A DNA stretch of 61,359 bases, the filler included. It is 5 parts of 5 records of this genome, joined end to end, with 100 filler letters (N's around TTAATTAATTAA, not from the genome) between each part and the next. Parts side by side here need not be neighbours in the genome. Positions count along the whole stretch, not along the records: positions 23,084 to 40,007 come from SRR31156797_22766; 4 more parts are not named here. One strand, 5' to 3'. The notes under the pieces were generated by a model. That model made no database searches. It was not told where the DNA came from and worked only from the letters and a program-made list of their open reading frames with translations. A program made the position numbers and the translations under genes. Positions within the stretch are counted from its first letter, which is position 1, and each line of letters begins with the position of its first letter. Positions 29,798 to 38,412 of this stretch are shown here, piece after piece.

Positions 29798-31006
29798 TTA
29801 GATCTCTCCTGTATGAATGTTCGATACCCGGGCTGCAAGGGAAAGCAATCGCGCGTCACCAAACCGTTTGCCCATGAGCTGGAGGGCGGGGGCGCCGGGG
29901 ATGGCAATGGCCGGGTTGCCGGTGAGGTTGGCAAGGACGGTCAATGAAAAGGCTTCATAGAGGTCGGCTACCGTGGCTGGCCAGGCCGGTATGGTTCCAG
30001 GGCTGGCGGACACTGGCAGCAGGATCAGGTCTACGGTCTCAAAGGCGCTTTCGACGTGTTTGATGATCCGGGCCCTGGTGCGGCAGGCATCCAGGAAGGC
30101 ATCGTAGTTATGGTACTGGAAATATCCGCCCTGGAACAGGTAGGCCTTGACCAGGGGGCCAAAGGATTCGGCCCGGGATTTGATGTACATGTCGTTCCAG
30201 TTTTTTGCCGGGGCGGAGGTCCTGTGGCCGTAGCGGACACTGTCGAACCTGCCGGCACTGGAGGATGCCTCAACGGTTCCGATCACGTTATGAACGGTCG
30301 GGGCAAGGAGGAAGTCTTTGACGGAAACCTCCCGGATCTTAAGACCGCTGTTGCCAAGTTTGTTCAGGACCTGTTCAAACCCGTCATCCCGGGACATTTC
30401 CCTGATCACGCCCAGGGTGGCGGGGGCATCCAGGAACTCCCGGGAATGGTTGAACTCATACATCACCTGGTCCATGGCGGATGGTTCCATGGTGGGATCC
30501 TTATCATCAAGGCCTGCCATGGCCTGGGCGGTTATGGAGAGGGTCTCCAGGGAGTTGGAAAGGATGCCGCAGCTCTCCATGGACGGAACAAGGCCGATCA
30601 TGCCGGCCCGGGAAACGAGGCCGTAGCTGGGCTTGAAACCGAAACAGCCGGCGGCGGCAGCTGCTAAGCGGGCTTCCCCGGTGGTGTCGGTCTTGAGGAT
30701 TACCTGGGAGAATCCCTTGTCCAGGGCTTGAATGTAAGTGTCCCTGCCGGGGCCCAGGCCGAGTTCCCCCATGGGGGTTCTGCCCTTGAGGGTGGCGCCG
30801 GCGTTGCGCAGGCGTTGGATCAGGGTGGCGTCCTCCAGGGCCACATAGTTCTCGAGGGCCGTGGAGTGGGCCGTGGTGGGCCAGCCGGCAACGGATATGT
30901 TGGCGTCAACGGCCACGGCGGTGCCGGCCATGGGGCCGTCCACATGGGGCTGGGGCGAGTCGTCTATATAGGTAAAGATCTCTGATTCCATTGAAAATCC
31001 TTTCAT
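29798..31006 (-). CDS. gatA: GatA-like amidase-fold protein, predicted catalytically inactive
   Basis: DAT...RL..AGA...G.T.M.E, GFKPSYGLVSR.G, EASS..RFD.VRYG.R, ANLTG.PAI; catalytic Lys, cis-Ser loop and nucleophile Ser are absent. Confidence 0.85.
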   Translation of the reverse strand: MKGFSMESEIFTYIDDSPQPHVDGPMAGTAVAVDANISVAGWPTTAHSTALENYVALEDATLIQRLRNAGATLKGRTPMGELGLGPGRDTYIQALDKGFSQVILKTDTTGEARLAAAAAGCFGFKPSYGLVSRAGMIGLVPSMESCGILSNSLETLSITAQAMAGLDDKDPTMEPSAMDQVMYEFNHSREFLDAPATLGVIREMSRDDGFEQVLNKLGNSGLKIREVSVKDFLLAPTVHNVIGTVEASSSAGRFDSVRYGHRTSAPAKNWNDMYIKSRAESFGPLVKAYLFQGGYFQYHNYDAFLDACRTRARIIKHVESAFETVDLILLPVSASPGTIPAWPATVADLYEAFSLTVLANLTGNPAIAIPGAPALQLMGKRFGDARLLSLAARVSNIHTGEI

Positions 31007-31015
31007 GTTTCCCGG

Positions 31016-33133
31016 TTACTCAAGGATGCTTGCCACCTTGAAGTAGTCCCCTTTTACCGACGGAGCGTTCTTGAACAGATCCCCTGACCGGACAAAGGAC
31101 GACCTTCTGGCCGCCCTGCCCTGCCTGAACCGGTTCCGGTTCCCGCTACCGGAAACCGAAATGGCGGGTTCGTAATCACCGGCATTGCCGGAGACCTGTT
31201 CCGCCAGCGTCACCGCGTCCCGGAGGGCGGATTCGATCATGGGGCGTTCATCCTCGTCAAAGCCGATCCTGGAAACCCAGGAGATATGGTCGATGGGGGC
31301 CTGCTCCCGGTCCGTGCCGGGCAGGGTTTCCGCTTTGCCAAGGTCCAGTAGGCCAAGTTCGCTGAGCTGTTCATGGGCCACCCGGGAGGGGGCCTGGGTC
31401 AGGGGACAGTAGGCGCTCCGGTTCTTGGGAAAGGCGGTGACCTCGCGGATGGAGGGAGTCTTCAGAATCATGGCCACCACCCGGTCCATGCCAAGGGCAA
31501 GGCCGCCGTGGGGGGGCGGGCCGAACTCAAGGGCCTGGAGGAAAAAGCCGAACTTCTCCTCCGCCTCCTCCGAAGAGAGGCCCAGGGCCTGGAACACCTT
31601 CTGCTGGGTGGCGGGATCGTGGATGCGGATACTGCCGCCGCCGAGTTCCTCGCCGTTGACAACGATATCATAGGAGCGGGAAAGGAGTGACAGGAGATCT
31701 TCCGGATCGGCGGGATCGAAATCGGTCCGGTCCGGGGCGGTAAAGGGATGATGGCTGGAGGTCACCCCTTCTTCCGTGGGTTCGAACAGGGGAAAGTCGG
31801 TGACCCAGACCGGTGCGAAACCGTCCGGGATCATGCCGAGCCGGTCCGCCACATGGCGGCGGAGACGGCCGAGGGCGGTATTGACCACCTCCGGGGAGGG
31901 ATCGGCAATGATGAGGATCACATCCCCGTCTTCGGCCTTGAACCTTTGGATGACGGCCTGCCGCTCTTCCGGGCTGAAGAACTGGACGATATTGGAATCA
32001 AGGGTGCCGCCGGTCACCCGCATCCAGGTCATGCCCTTGGCGCCAAAGGAGGGAACGATCTGTTTGGCGTATTCGTTCTGGAGGACGTTTTTGCTGAGGC
32101 CCTCCGAGGCGTGCTTCACATTGATCCCCTTGATCACCCCGCCCCGCTGGAGGATCTGCCTGAAGATGCTGTAACCGGTATCCTCGAAAATGTCGGTGGC
32201 CTCGGTAAAGAACATCTCAAACCGGAGATCCGGCCGGTCGGAACCGGTCTTGTCCATGGCTTCCTGCCAGGTCATGCGGGGAAAGGGCCTTGGCAGGGGG
32301 GTGCCGCCGATCTCGAACATCCGGCAAAGCAGCTCTTCGATGGTATCAAAGATGAACCCTTCATCGATGAAGGATGCTTCCAGGTCGAGCTGGGTGAACT
32401 CGGGCTGGCGGTTGGAACGGAGGTCCTCGTCCCTGAAGCACCGGGTGATCTGGTAATACCGTTCAAACCCCGCCACCATGAGGAGCTGCTTAAAGAGCTG
32501 GGAAGACTGGGGCAGCGCATAGAAATGCTTTGGGTTGACGCGGCTGGGGACCAGATAGTCCCTTGCGCCTTCCGGGGTGCTTTTGGTCAGGATGGGGGTT
32601 TCAACCTCGATGAACCCCTTCCGGTCCAGGAAATTGCGAACACAGGCGTTGATTTTGTGGCGCTTGATGAGAAATTGCTGCATGCCCGGCCGTCTCAGGT
32701 CCAGGTAGCGGTACTGGAGCCTCAGGTCTTCGGACACCGGTTCACGGCTTGCGATTTCGCCGCCCACCATGGCTTTTTCGGATATGGTGAACGGAAGGGG
32801 GCCGGACCGGCTGAGGATGGTCATGTCCGAGACAATGATCTCAATCTCTCCGGTCTCGATGTTTGGATTTTCCGTGCCCTGGGCCCGCCGGACGATTTGG
32901 CCGGTGGCGTTGATGCAGTATTCGCTGCGAAGGAATGTTGATCGCCGACAGACTTCGTCAGGGGTGAATTCCGGGGAGAAAACCAGTTGAACGATGCCGC
33001 TGCGGTCCCGGAGATGGATGAAAAGCACTTCCCCGTGGTCCCGGAGGGCATCGACCCAGCCTGCAAGGTGAACGGTTTTACCGACGTCTGCCGGCCCCAG
33101 CCGGCCGCAATTGGATCTGTTATGAAAGAGCAT
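31016..33133 (-). CDS. aspS: Non-discriminating aspartyl-tRNA synthetase with a C-terminal GatC fusion
   Basis: RDHG, STPEGARDYLVPSR, FRDEDLR..RQPEFTQLD, HHPFT, ELGGGSIRIH, PPHGGLALG.DR; the last ~95 aa are GatC-like (IDHISWVSRI...EP...KNAP..KGDYFKVASILE). Confidence 0.93.
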   Translation of the reverse strand: MLFHNRSNCGRLGPADVGKTVHLAGWVDALRDHGEVLFIHLRDRSGIVQLVFSPEFTPDEVCRRSTFLRSEYCINATGQIVRRAQGTENPNIETGEIEIIVSDMTILSRSGPLPFTISEKAMVGGEIASREPVSEDLRLQYRYLDLRRPGMQQFLIKRHKINACVRNFLDRKGFIEVETPILTKSTPEGARDYLVPSRVNPKHFYALPQSSQLFKQLLMVAGFERYYQITRCFRDEDLRSNRQPEFTQLDLEASFIDEGFIFDTIEELLCRMFEIGGTPLPRPFPRMTWQEAMDKTGSDRPDLRFEMFFTEATDIFEDTGYSIFRQILQRGGVIKGINVKHASEGLSKNVLQNEYAKQIVPSFGAKGMTWMRVTGGTLDSNIVQFFSPEERQAVIQRFKAEDGDVILIIADPSPEVVNTALGRLRRHVADRLGMIPDGFAPVWVTDFPLFEPTEEGVTSSHHPFTAPDRTDFDPADPEDLLSLLSRSYDIVVNGEELGGGSIRIHDPATQQKVFQALGLSSEEAEEKFGFFLQALEFGPPPHGGLALGMDRVVAMILKTPSIREVTAFPKNRSAYCPLTQAPSRVAHEQLSELGLLDLGKAETLPGTDREQAPIDHISWVSRIGFDEDERPMIESALRDAVTLAEQVSGNAGDYEPAISVSGSGNRNRFRQGRAARRSSFVRSGDLFKNAPSVKGDYFKVASILE

Positions 33134-33234
33134 AATGCGAGCATCCTTTTTCTATATGAATGAGAATGAAAATCGCCATGTCCCTGAATCCTATAAAAAG
33201 GAAATCCGTTTTTGTAAAGAAAAATATAAAAAAC

Positions 33235-33425
33235 TTGACAGCATTCCACCCCCCCGATAGTTATTCCAGTAAAACTGCGGCAGAAGCCGCTGGAGCAAAA
33301 CTCATTTTTTAAGTAAACAACGGATTCTCCGGTATATTGCCCGGAGAATCTGAATGGACATGGAAGAAAAGGCCACGAAGGTCTGCACCCCCCCCACGGG
33401 GAGGGAGACTTTGCGGCCTTTTTTT
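33235..33425 (+). promoter_or_regulatory. Promoter and structured 5' leader with intrinsic terminator upstream of the TonB receptor
   Basis: TTGACA 33235-33240; hairpins GCGGC-agaa-GCCGC and GATTCTCCGG/CCGGAGAATC; long stem AAGGCC-ACGAAGGTCT...AGACTTTGC-GGCCTT plus a U-run ending at 33425. Confidence 0.55.
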
Positions 33426-33498
33426 ATGAAGTAAAGTCCCCGGCAGCCTGCGGTCAATAATGTCTGAACAGGAAACGATCAAAAAAAAGGGGATTTGG

Positions 33499-35559
33499 AT
33501 GAAAAGAAGTACCTGGCTGATTTTACTATTCACAATTACGATCCTTGGCTGCCCCCCGTGGGCCGGGGCCGAAGAAAAGCAAACAGAGGTTCATCGTCTC
33601 GACGCCGTGGTGATCTCGGCAACCCGCACGGAAACGCCGGTATTTGATACCCCCCAGGATGTCACGGTGATCACCCGCCGGGAAATCATGGCATCGCCCT
33701 TTGAACGGGTGGAAGATATCGTCAGAAGCGTGCCGGGGCTCTACAATTTCCGTCACTACGGCCTCCAGACCAACGGCATTGTAAGCCCCCTCAAAATGCG
33801 CGGGGCCGGCACCAACAAGGTCCTGTTCCTGGTGGACGGCGTGCCCCAGAACGACAACTTCAACAATGCCATTGCCTGGGTGGCCTGGGGGCACATTCCC
33901 AAGGAAACCATTGAACGGATCGAAGTGGTCCGGGGACCGGGTTCGGCCCTTTACGGCTCCGAAGGCCTGGGGGGCGTGGTCCATATCATCACCCGGGAAC
34001 CGGAAAAGGAGCGCCGGACCGCCATCCGGGCTGAGGCCGGCACAGGCGATACTTACATCGGATCGGGCTGCCACAGCCAGACCATCAAGGGCCTGGGGGT
34101 CATGGCGGCAGGCGGGTATGAGGAAAGTGACGGTTTTTACATGACCGACACCCCCGCCCCCTACAACATCAAACGCCACCGGGAAACGGGTAAAATCCTC
34201 GGCAAGGCGACCTATGACCTTAGCCCCTCCTCAAAGCTTGCCCTGGCCGCCCTCTATTACGACCATGAGACAGGAAAAGGCCGGGAATTTTTCTATGATG
34301 AGCTCAATCTTGACCAATACTGGCTGAACTACTCACACACCTTTGATACCATGGAGATCAAAGGATTGCTTTACTTGAACCGGGCCGACAAAACAGCCTT
34401 CCAGGACACGGCCTCAAACAACTACACCACCCTCCTGAGAAAAGAGAAGATGCCATGCACCACCTGGGGAGCGGATCTTCAATCCACCCTCCATCTGGGT
34501 TCCCGGTCCAGCCTGACACTGGGCACCGCGTTTAAGAAATCGTCCTGGGAGTATGACAATGACTATGAAGGAAGCATCCGGGCCGCAGGGGCCAAGGGCA
34601 ACCAGATGTTCATATCCCCCTTTGCCAATGTTGACCTGAAATTCCTTGACGACGATCTCACCGTCAACCTGGGGGGACGGTTTGACCTCATCGAAACCTC
34701 GGACGGCGCCAACTGGGACACCAAGGCAAGCGCGGGCAAGCCCGCCTACCACAATCGGTATGACACGGAGCGGGAGGAAAGCTTTTCTCCCAAGATCGGC
34801 CTTGCCTACCACCCGGACAACCGGACAACCCTGAGGGCCTCCGGTGGAAAAGGATTCCGGGCACCGAGCCTGTTTGAGCTGTACAAGGTCCATGTCCGAA
34901 GCGGCGGCAAATACTACCGCATGGCCAATCCCGATCTCAAGCCCGAAAAAATCTGGTCCTATGACGTGGGAGCAGAGCGGTATCTGACGGATACGATTCT
35001 GGGAAAACTGACCTTTTACCAGGCCTTTGCCAAAGACTACATCGGCGACCGGCTCATGGGCACCGGCACCATCTCCGGGGGCAGGACACGCTACGATTAC
35101 AAGCTGGACAATATCAGCGAGGTGGATATCCACGGCATCGAGGCGGAACTTGAGTGGTCCCCCACACGTGCCATGAAACTGTTCGCCAATTACACCTACA
35201 ACATTTCCAAGGTGGCCAAGGATGAAAACAATGCGGATCTTGAAGGCAACTACCTGCCCAAGGATCCCCGACACAACCTGCATTTCGGCATCAGCTACCG
35301 GAATCCCGGCATCATCAACCTGAACCTCCTGGTCAACTACTATGCGGATATCTACTATGACAATGAAAACACTCTTGAAACAGGTGATTACTGGACCATG
35401 GACCTGGGGATCTCCCGGAAGTTTCATGACCGTTTCACCCTCTACGTGAACGGGGAAAACATTTTTGATAAGGAGTATCCCATTTCCAAATCACTTTCGG
35501 CCGGAGACACCATTTCCCCGGGAGCGATTGTCACGGCGGGAGTGAAATTTGAATTTTAG
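33499..35559 (+). CDS. TonB-dependent outer-membrane receptor (BtuB/CirA-like)
   Basis: Signal peptide, TonB box-like LDAVVISATR, plug LVDGVP.N...IERIEVVRGPGSALYG, NPDLKPE, NIFDKEY, C-terminal Phe. Confidence 0.92.
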   Translation: MKRSTWLILLFTITILGCPPWAGAEEKQTEVHRLDAVVISATRTETPVFDTPQDVTVITRREIMASPFERVEDIVRSVPGLYNFRHYGLQTNGIVSPLKMRGAGTNKVLFLVDGVPQNDNFNNAIAWVAWGHIPKETIERIEVVRGPGSALYGSEGLGGVVHIITREPEKERRTAIRAEAGTGDTYIGSGCHSQTIKGLGVMAAGGYEESDGFYMTDTPAPYNIKRHRETGKILGKATYDLSPSSKLALAALYYDHETGKGREFFYDELNLDQYWLNYSHTFDTMEIKGLLYLNRADKTAFQDTASNNYTTLLRKEKMPCTTWGADLQSTLHLGSRSSLTLGTAFKKSSWEYDNDYEGSIRAAGAKGNQMFISPFANVDLKFLDDDLTVNLGGRFDLIETSDGANWDTKASAGKPAYHNRYDTEREESFSPKIGLAYHPDNRTTLRASGGKGFRAPSLFELYKVHVRSGGKYYRMANPDLKPEKIWSYDVGAERYLTDTILGKLTFYQAFAKDYIGDRLMGTGTISGGRTRYDYKLDNISEVDIHGIEAELEWSPTRAMKLFANYTYNISKVAKDENNADLEGNYLPKDPRHNLHFGISYRNPGIINLNLLVNYYADIYYDNENTLETGDYWTMDLGISRKFHDRFTLYVNGENIFDKEYPISKSLSAGDTISPGAIVTAGVKFEF

Positions 35560-35640
35560 CGGATAAGGGTTAATCCTATGATTTGCTCTTCAATCAGTAA
35601 GACTGATTTTATTTCCTGAATAAAAATCTTGCAACTTGTC

Positions 35641-35672
35641 CGGTGAACGATATATACAACGATCGTTCACCG
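35641..35672. promoter_or_regulatory. Inverted repeat, putative repressor operator
   Basis: CGGTGAACGAT-N10-ATCGTTCACCG perfect 11-bp arms, overlapping a TTGCAA/TATATA-like promoter upstream of the radical SAM gene. Confidence 0.55.
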
Positions 35673-35747
35673 TGACAAAACAAACAGGGTTCCTGCCGCC
35701 CTTGATCAGGCTGCATGGCATTCAGAAAAGAAAGGAAGAGCTAAATC

Positions 35748-37148
35748 ATGAAAGTCTGTTTCATTGTGACCGACATCCAAAACCATGCCTTTTGCCATGA
35801 GGAAAATAAATTCTGGGAAGCGTATTACCAGAAATATTTCCAATCCACCACCTACCTGTTTGACAAGGACATGGACTTTGCCCCGGAAGAACTTGAATCC
35901 TTTTTTTTCGGCAGTGAGTTTCCCCGGTGGAATCTGATGCTTGCGGCCATCGCCAGGGAAGAAGCCTGGGAGGTGGAGTTGTGCGATTACCGGGTAAACG
36001 GCATGGATGCCTTTCAACAGTTGCCGCCGGAGTCCGATATTTATTGTTTCAGCAGCTTCACCCAGTACCATGATGATGTGTCAAAGGTCGCCGGGCACCT
36101 CAAATCCCAACGGCCGGAAGCGGTCTGCGTTATCGGGGGGGCCCATGTTTCCCGGGCGGCCGAGGAATCCCTGGCCCAGGGATGCTGGAACGCGGTATTC
36201 ATCGGAGAAAGTGAAAATACCTTCCGAAGTGTTCTCCGGAATTTCAAAGCCACCGGCAAAATCAATGCCCGGCCCGGGGTACTGACCCCCGACGTCCAGC
36301 CGGCCGCCCACCGTTTTGTCCATGATCCTGTTGTTGATCTTTCCAGCCTTCCCCTGCCGGCCTATGATCTCCTGCATCCGTTTTACCGGAAAACCTTTTC
36401 CGTCAAGGTCCTGTGTTCCAGGGGCTGCCCGTTCAACTGCTCCTTTTGTGTTTCCCACCATGAAAAACTGAGGAACAAAAGCCTGTCCTACATTGAACAG
36501 GAGATGGATCTCCTCGCCACCCATATTGACTTCAAGGAGATGTATGTCTACGACGACAATTTTTTCCTGAACCAGGAATACGGCCGCGGCATCGCACACC
36601 TTCTGGCGGAAAAAAAGATGAACTGGTCCTGCCGGCTCAGGGCGGACATGCACGGGAAGATCCCGTTTGACAAACTCTATGAATGGGGGTGCCGCCGCAT
36701 CTCCGTGGGCGGAGAAAGCGCGGATGAAAAGGTCCTTGGAATGGCCAACAAAAACATACGGGTGGATGACATTGAAACCACCTGCCAAACAGCCGTGGAC
36801 AACGGGCTCAATGTCCATCTTTACTGGATGACAGGGCTACCCGGAGAAACATCGGACAGTGCAAGAAGAACCATTGACTATGCCGTTGACCTGTTGGACC
36901 GGAAACTCTGCAATACGGCTGAATACGCCATATTTGTCCCTTACCCGGGTACGGATATCCATGCCGACCCCCGGAAATACGGTATCACCCTGAGGGATGA
37001 GCCGTGGCACAATTACCGCATTGACCGGAAACCCGTGTTTGACATGCCGGGAAGATCCGCGGAAAGCATCCATCAGGACTGGCTATGGGGCATCAAACAA
37101 CTGACCCATGCCCTGGCCGCCAATACACCCGGTACAAAAAACGGCTGA
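35748..37148 (+). CDS. Cobalamin-binding-domain radical SAM protein
   Basis: B12-binding region (VIGGAHVS, FIGESE), SRGCPFNCSFC (CxxxCxxC), YDDNF, GGES, GLPGET, PYPGT. Confidence 0.9.
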   Translation: MKVCFIVTDIQNHAFCHEENKFWEAYYQKYFQSTTYLFDKDMDFAPEELESFFFGSEFPRWNLMLAAIAREEAWEVELCDYRVNGMDAFQQLPPESDIYCFSSFTQYHDDVSKVAGHLKSQRPEAVCVIGGAHVSRAAEESLAQGCWNAVFIGESENTFRSVLRNFKATGKINARPGVLTPDVQPAAHRFVHDPVVDLSSLPLPAYDLLHPFYRKTFSVKVLCSRGCPFNCSFCVSHHEKLRNKSLSYIEQEMDLLATHIDFKEMYVYDDNFFLNQEYGRGIAHLLAEKKMNWSCRLRADMHGKIPFDKLYEWGCRRISVGGESADEKVLGMANKNIRVDDIETTCQTAVDNGLNVHLYWMTGLPGETSDSARRTIDYAVDLLDRKLCNTAEYAIFVPYPGTDIHADPRKYGITLRDEPWHNYRIDRKPVFDMPGRSAESIHQDWLWGIKQLTHALAANTPGTKNG

Positions 37149-37154
37149 CGGGGG

Positions 37155-37988
37155 TCATGGGCGGGCCTGAAAGACCATGAACACCCGTTTTCTCAACATG
37201 CCTTTGTAAATTTGCCTAGGGTCTTCGTAGGGAATCGTGTCAATCAGGTCCAGGTCAAGCCCATCCGCCATTGATTGAATTTCATGGGGATAAATGATGT
37301 TGAAAAAGAACCGGTTCTCATATGTTTTTTCCTGGTCCGACCCCTGGCTGAAGGTGATCTGCTCATTTGAAAAGATCATTTTTTTCTCAGGATCGTATGA
37401 TCTTTCCCAGGTAAAAAGCCCGGAACCGAATTTCTCCGATGAAAACGCCTTGGTCCTTGCAACGGAATTTAAAGCAAGGCCGTTATCTTTGATCAGGAAA
37501 TTGAAATCCGGCATATCCAGCACAAAGATGCCGTTCCGGTTCACGGTTCGCCCGACCTGGACAAACAGCCCTTTCAGTTGTTCGTCGTCCAGCAGGCAGA
37601 CACTGTTCCCAAGCGCTGTGACACACTCAAACGTATTTTCCTGAAACGGAAGTTTCAGGACATCGCCGCACAGAACGCTTCCATTACAGGGATTCTCTTT
37701 CCGAATCAGCCGTTCCGCTTGCCGGATCAGATAGCTGCTGATATCAATCCCGATGGTGTGGATATTCTGCCTGGAAAATGCAAGCACATGCCGCCCGGCG
37801 CCACAAAAAAGCTGAAGTGAATTGGAAAGGCCAGCGACATGTTTCTCCACCAGGGAGAACTCGATATCCGCCAGTTCATGGTCCTGATGCTCCTCGTCAA
37901 AGTCATAGGAAAGATCGCCATGGGAATAGTAAAAATGGGAATTGCCTGCTTTCATCTTTTTTTTAAATCCTTGGTGCCCGTTCATCAA
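37155..37988 (-). CDS. Class I SAM-dependent methyltransferase
   Basis: LFCGAGRH, GIDIS, GDVLKLPF, LGNS, G.FVLD. Confidence 0.85.
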   Translation of the reverse strand: MMNGHQGFKKKMKAGNSHFYYSHGDLSYDFDEEHQDHELADIEFSLVEKHVAGLSNSLQLFCGAGRHVLAFSRQNIHTIGIDISSYLIRQAERLIRKENPCNGSVLCGDVLKLPFQENTFECVTALGNSVCLLDDEQLKGLFVQVGRTVNRNGIFVLDMPDFNFLIKDNGLALNSVARTKAFSSEKFGSGLFTWERSYDPEKKMIFSNEQITFSQGSDQEKTYENRFFFNIIYPHEIQSMADGLDLDLIDTIPYEDPRQIYKGMLRKRVFMVFQARP

Positions 37989-38412
37989 GACTGTCTTTAA
38001 ATATCTTTAACTCACGGGACATCCTGTTCGTTATCTTCCGGGAAATTCGCCTGCCGTGTTTCAAAATAATAGGCGCCTATAATTATTGATCATCATTGTT
38101 TTTGCAAGCTATTTTTCCAGAGAAGCAATTTTCGGACCGCGTTTAACTGGGACGCCCCAGGATTTTTTTTGTCGATCCATCCGGCAAAACATTTTCCATT
38201 AATCGCCTGATTTCTTGACTTCACCTGCAATTTTAGTTACCGTTAAAAGCTGAATTTATTATTTACTGGCCAGAAACAACAAAACAGCAATGCCATTGCA
38301 GATATGGAAACGAATCTGCGAAGGGGAGCTGCATTTTAAGCCCGAATAGACCGGCTGCTTCTGCTGCAAAATCCGTTCGGCAATTTGACAGGGGATTTGA
38401 AGGAGGTAAAGA

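Noticed and set aside
31748-32941. Long antisense ORFs (also 24971-25975, 34414-35427, 46213-47214, 47979-49298, 59421-60386)
   Set aside because: They are shadows of well-supported genes in GC-rich DNA, with no recognisable motifs.
33241-33256. Minus-strand GGGUGGAAUGC upstream of aspS as a T-box
   Set aside because: The bulge is not UGGNACC, and no antiterminator/terminator pair or stem I follows on that strand.
33260-33498. Cobalamin riboswitch before the TonB receptor
   Set aside because: No B12-box or GCCACUG/CCCGC core motifs are visible.
35560-38412. RiPP precursor peptide near the radical SAM gene
   Set aside because: Only very short ORFs without an RBS or leader/core character were found.
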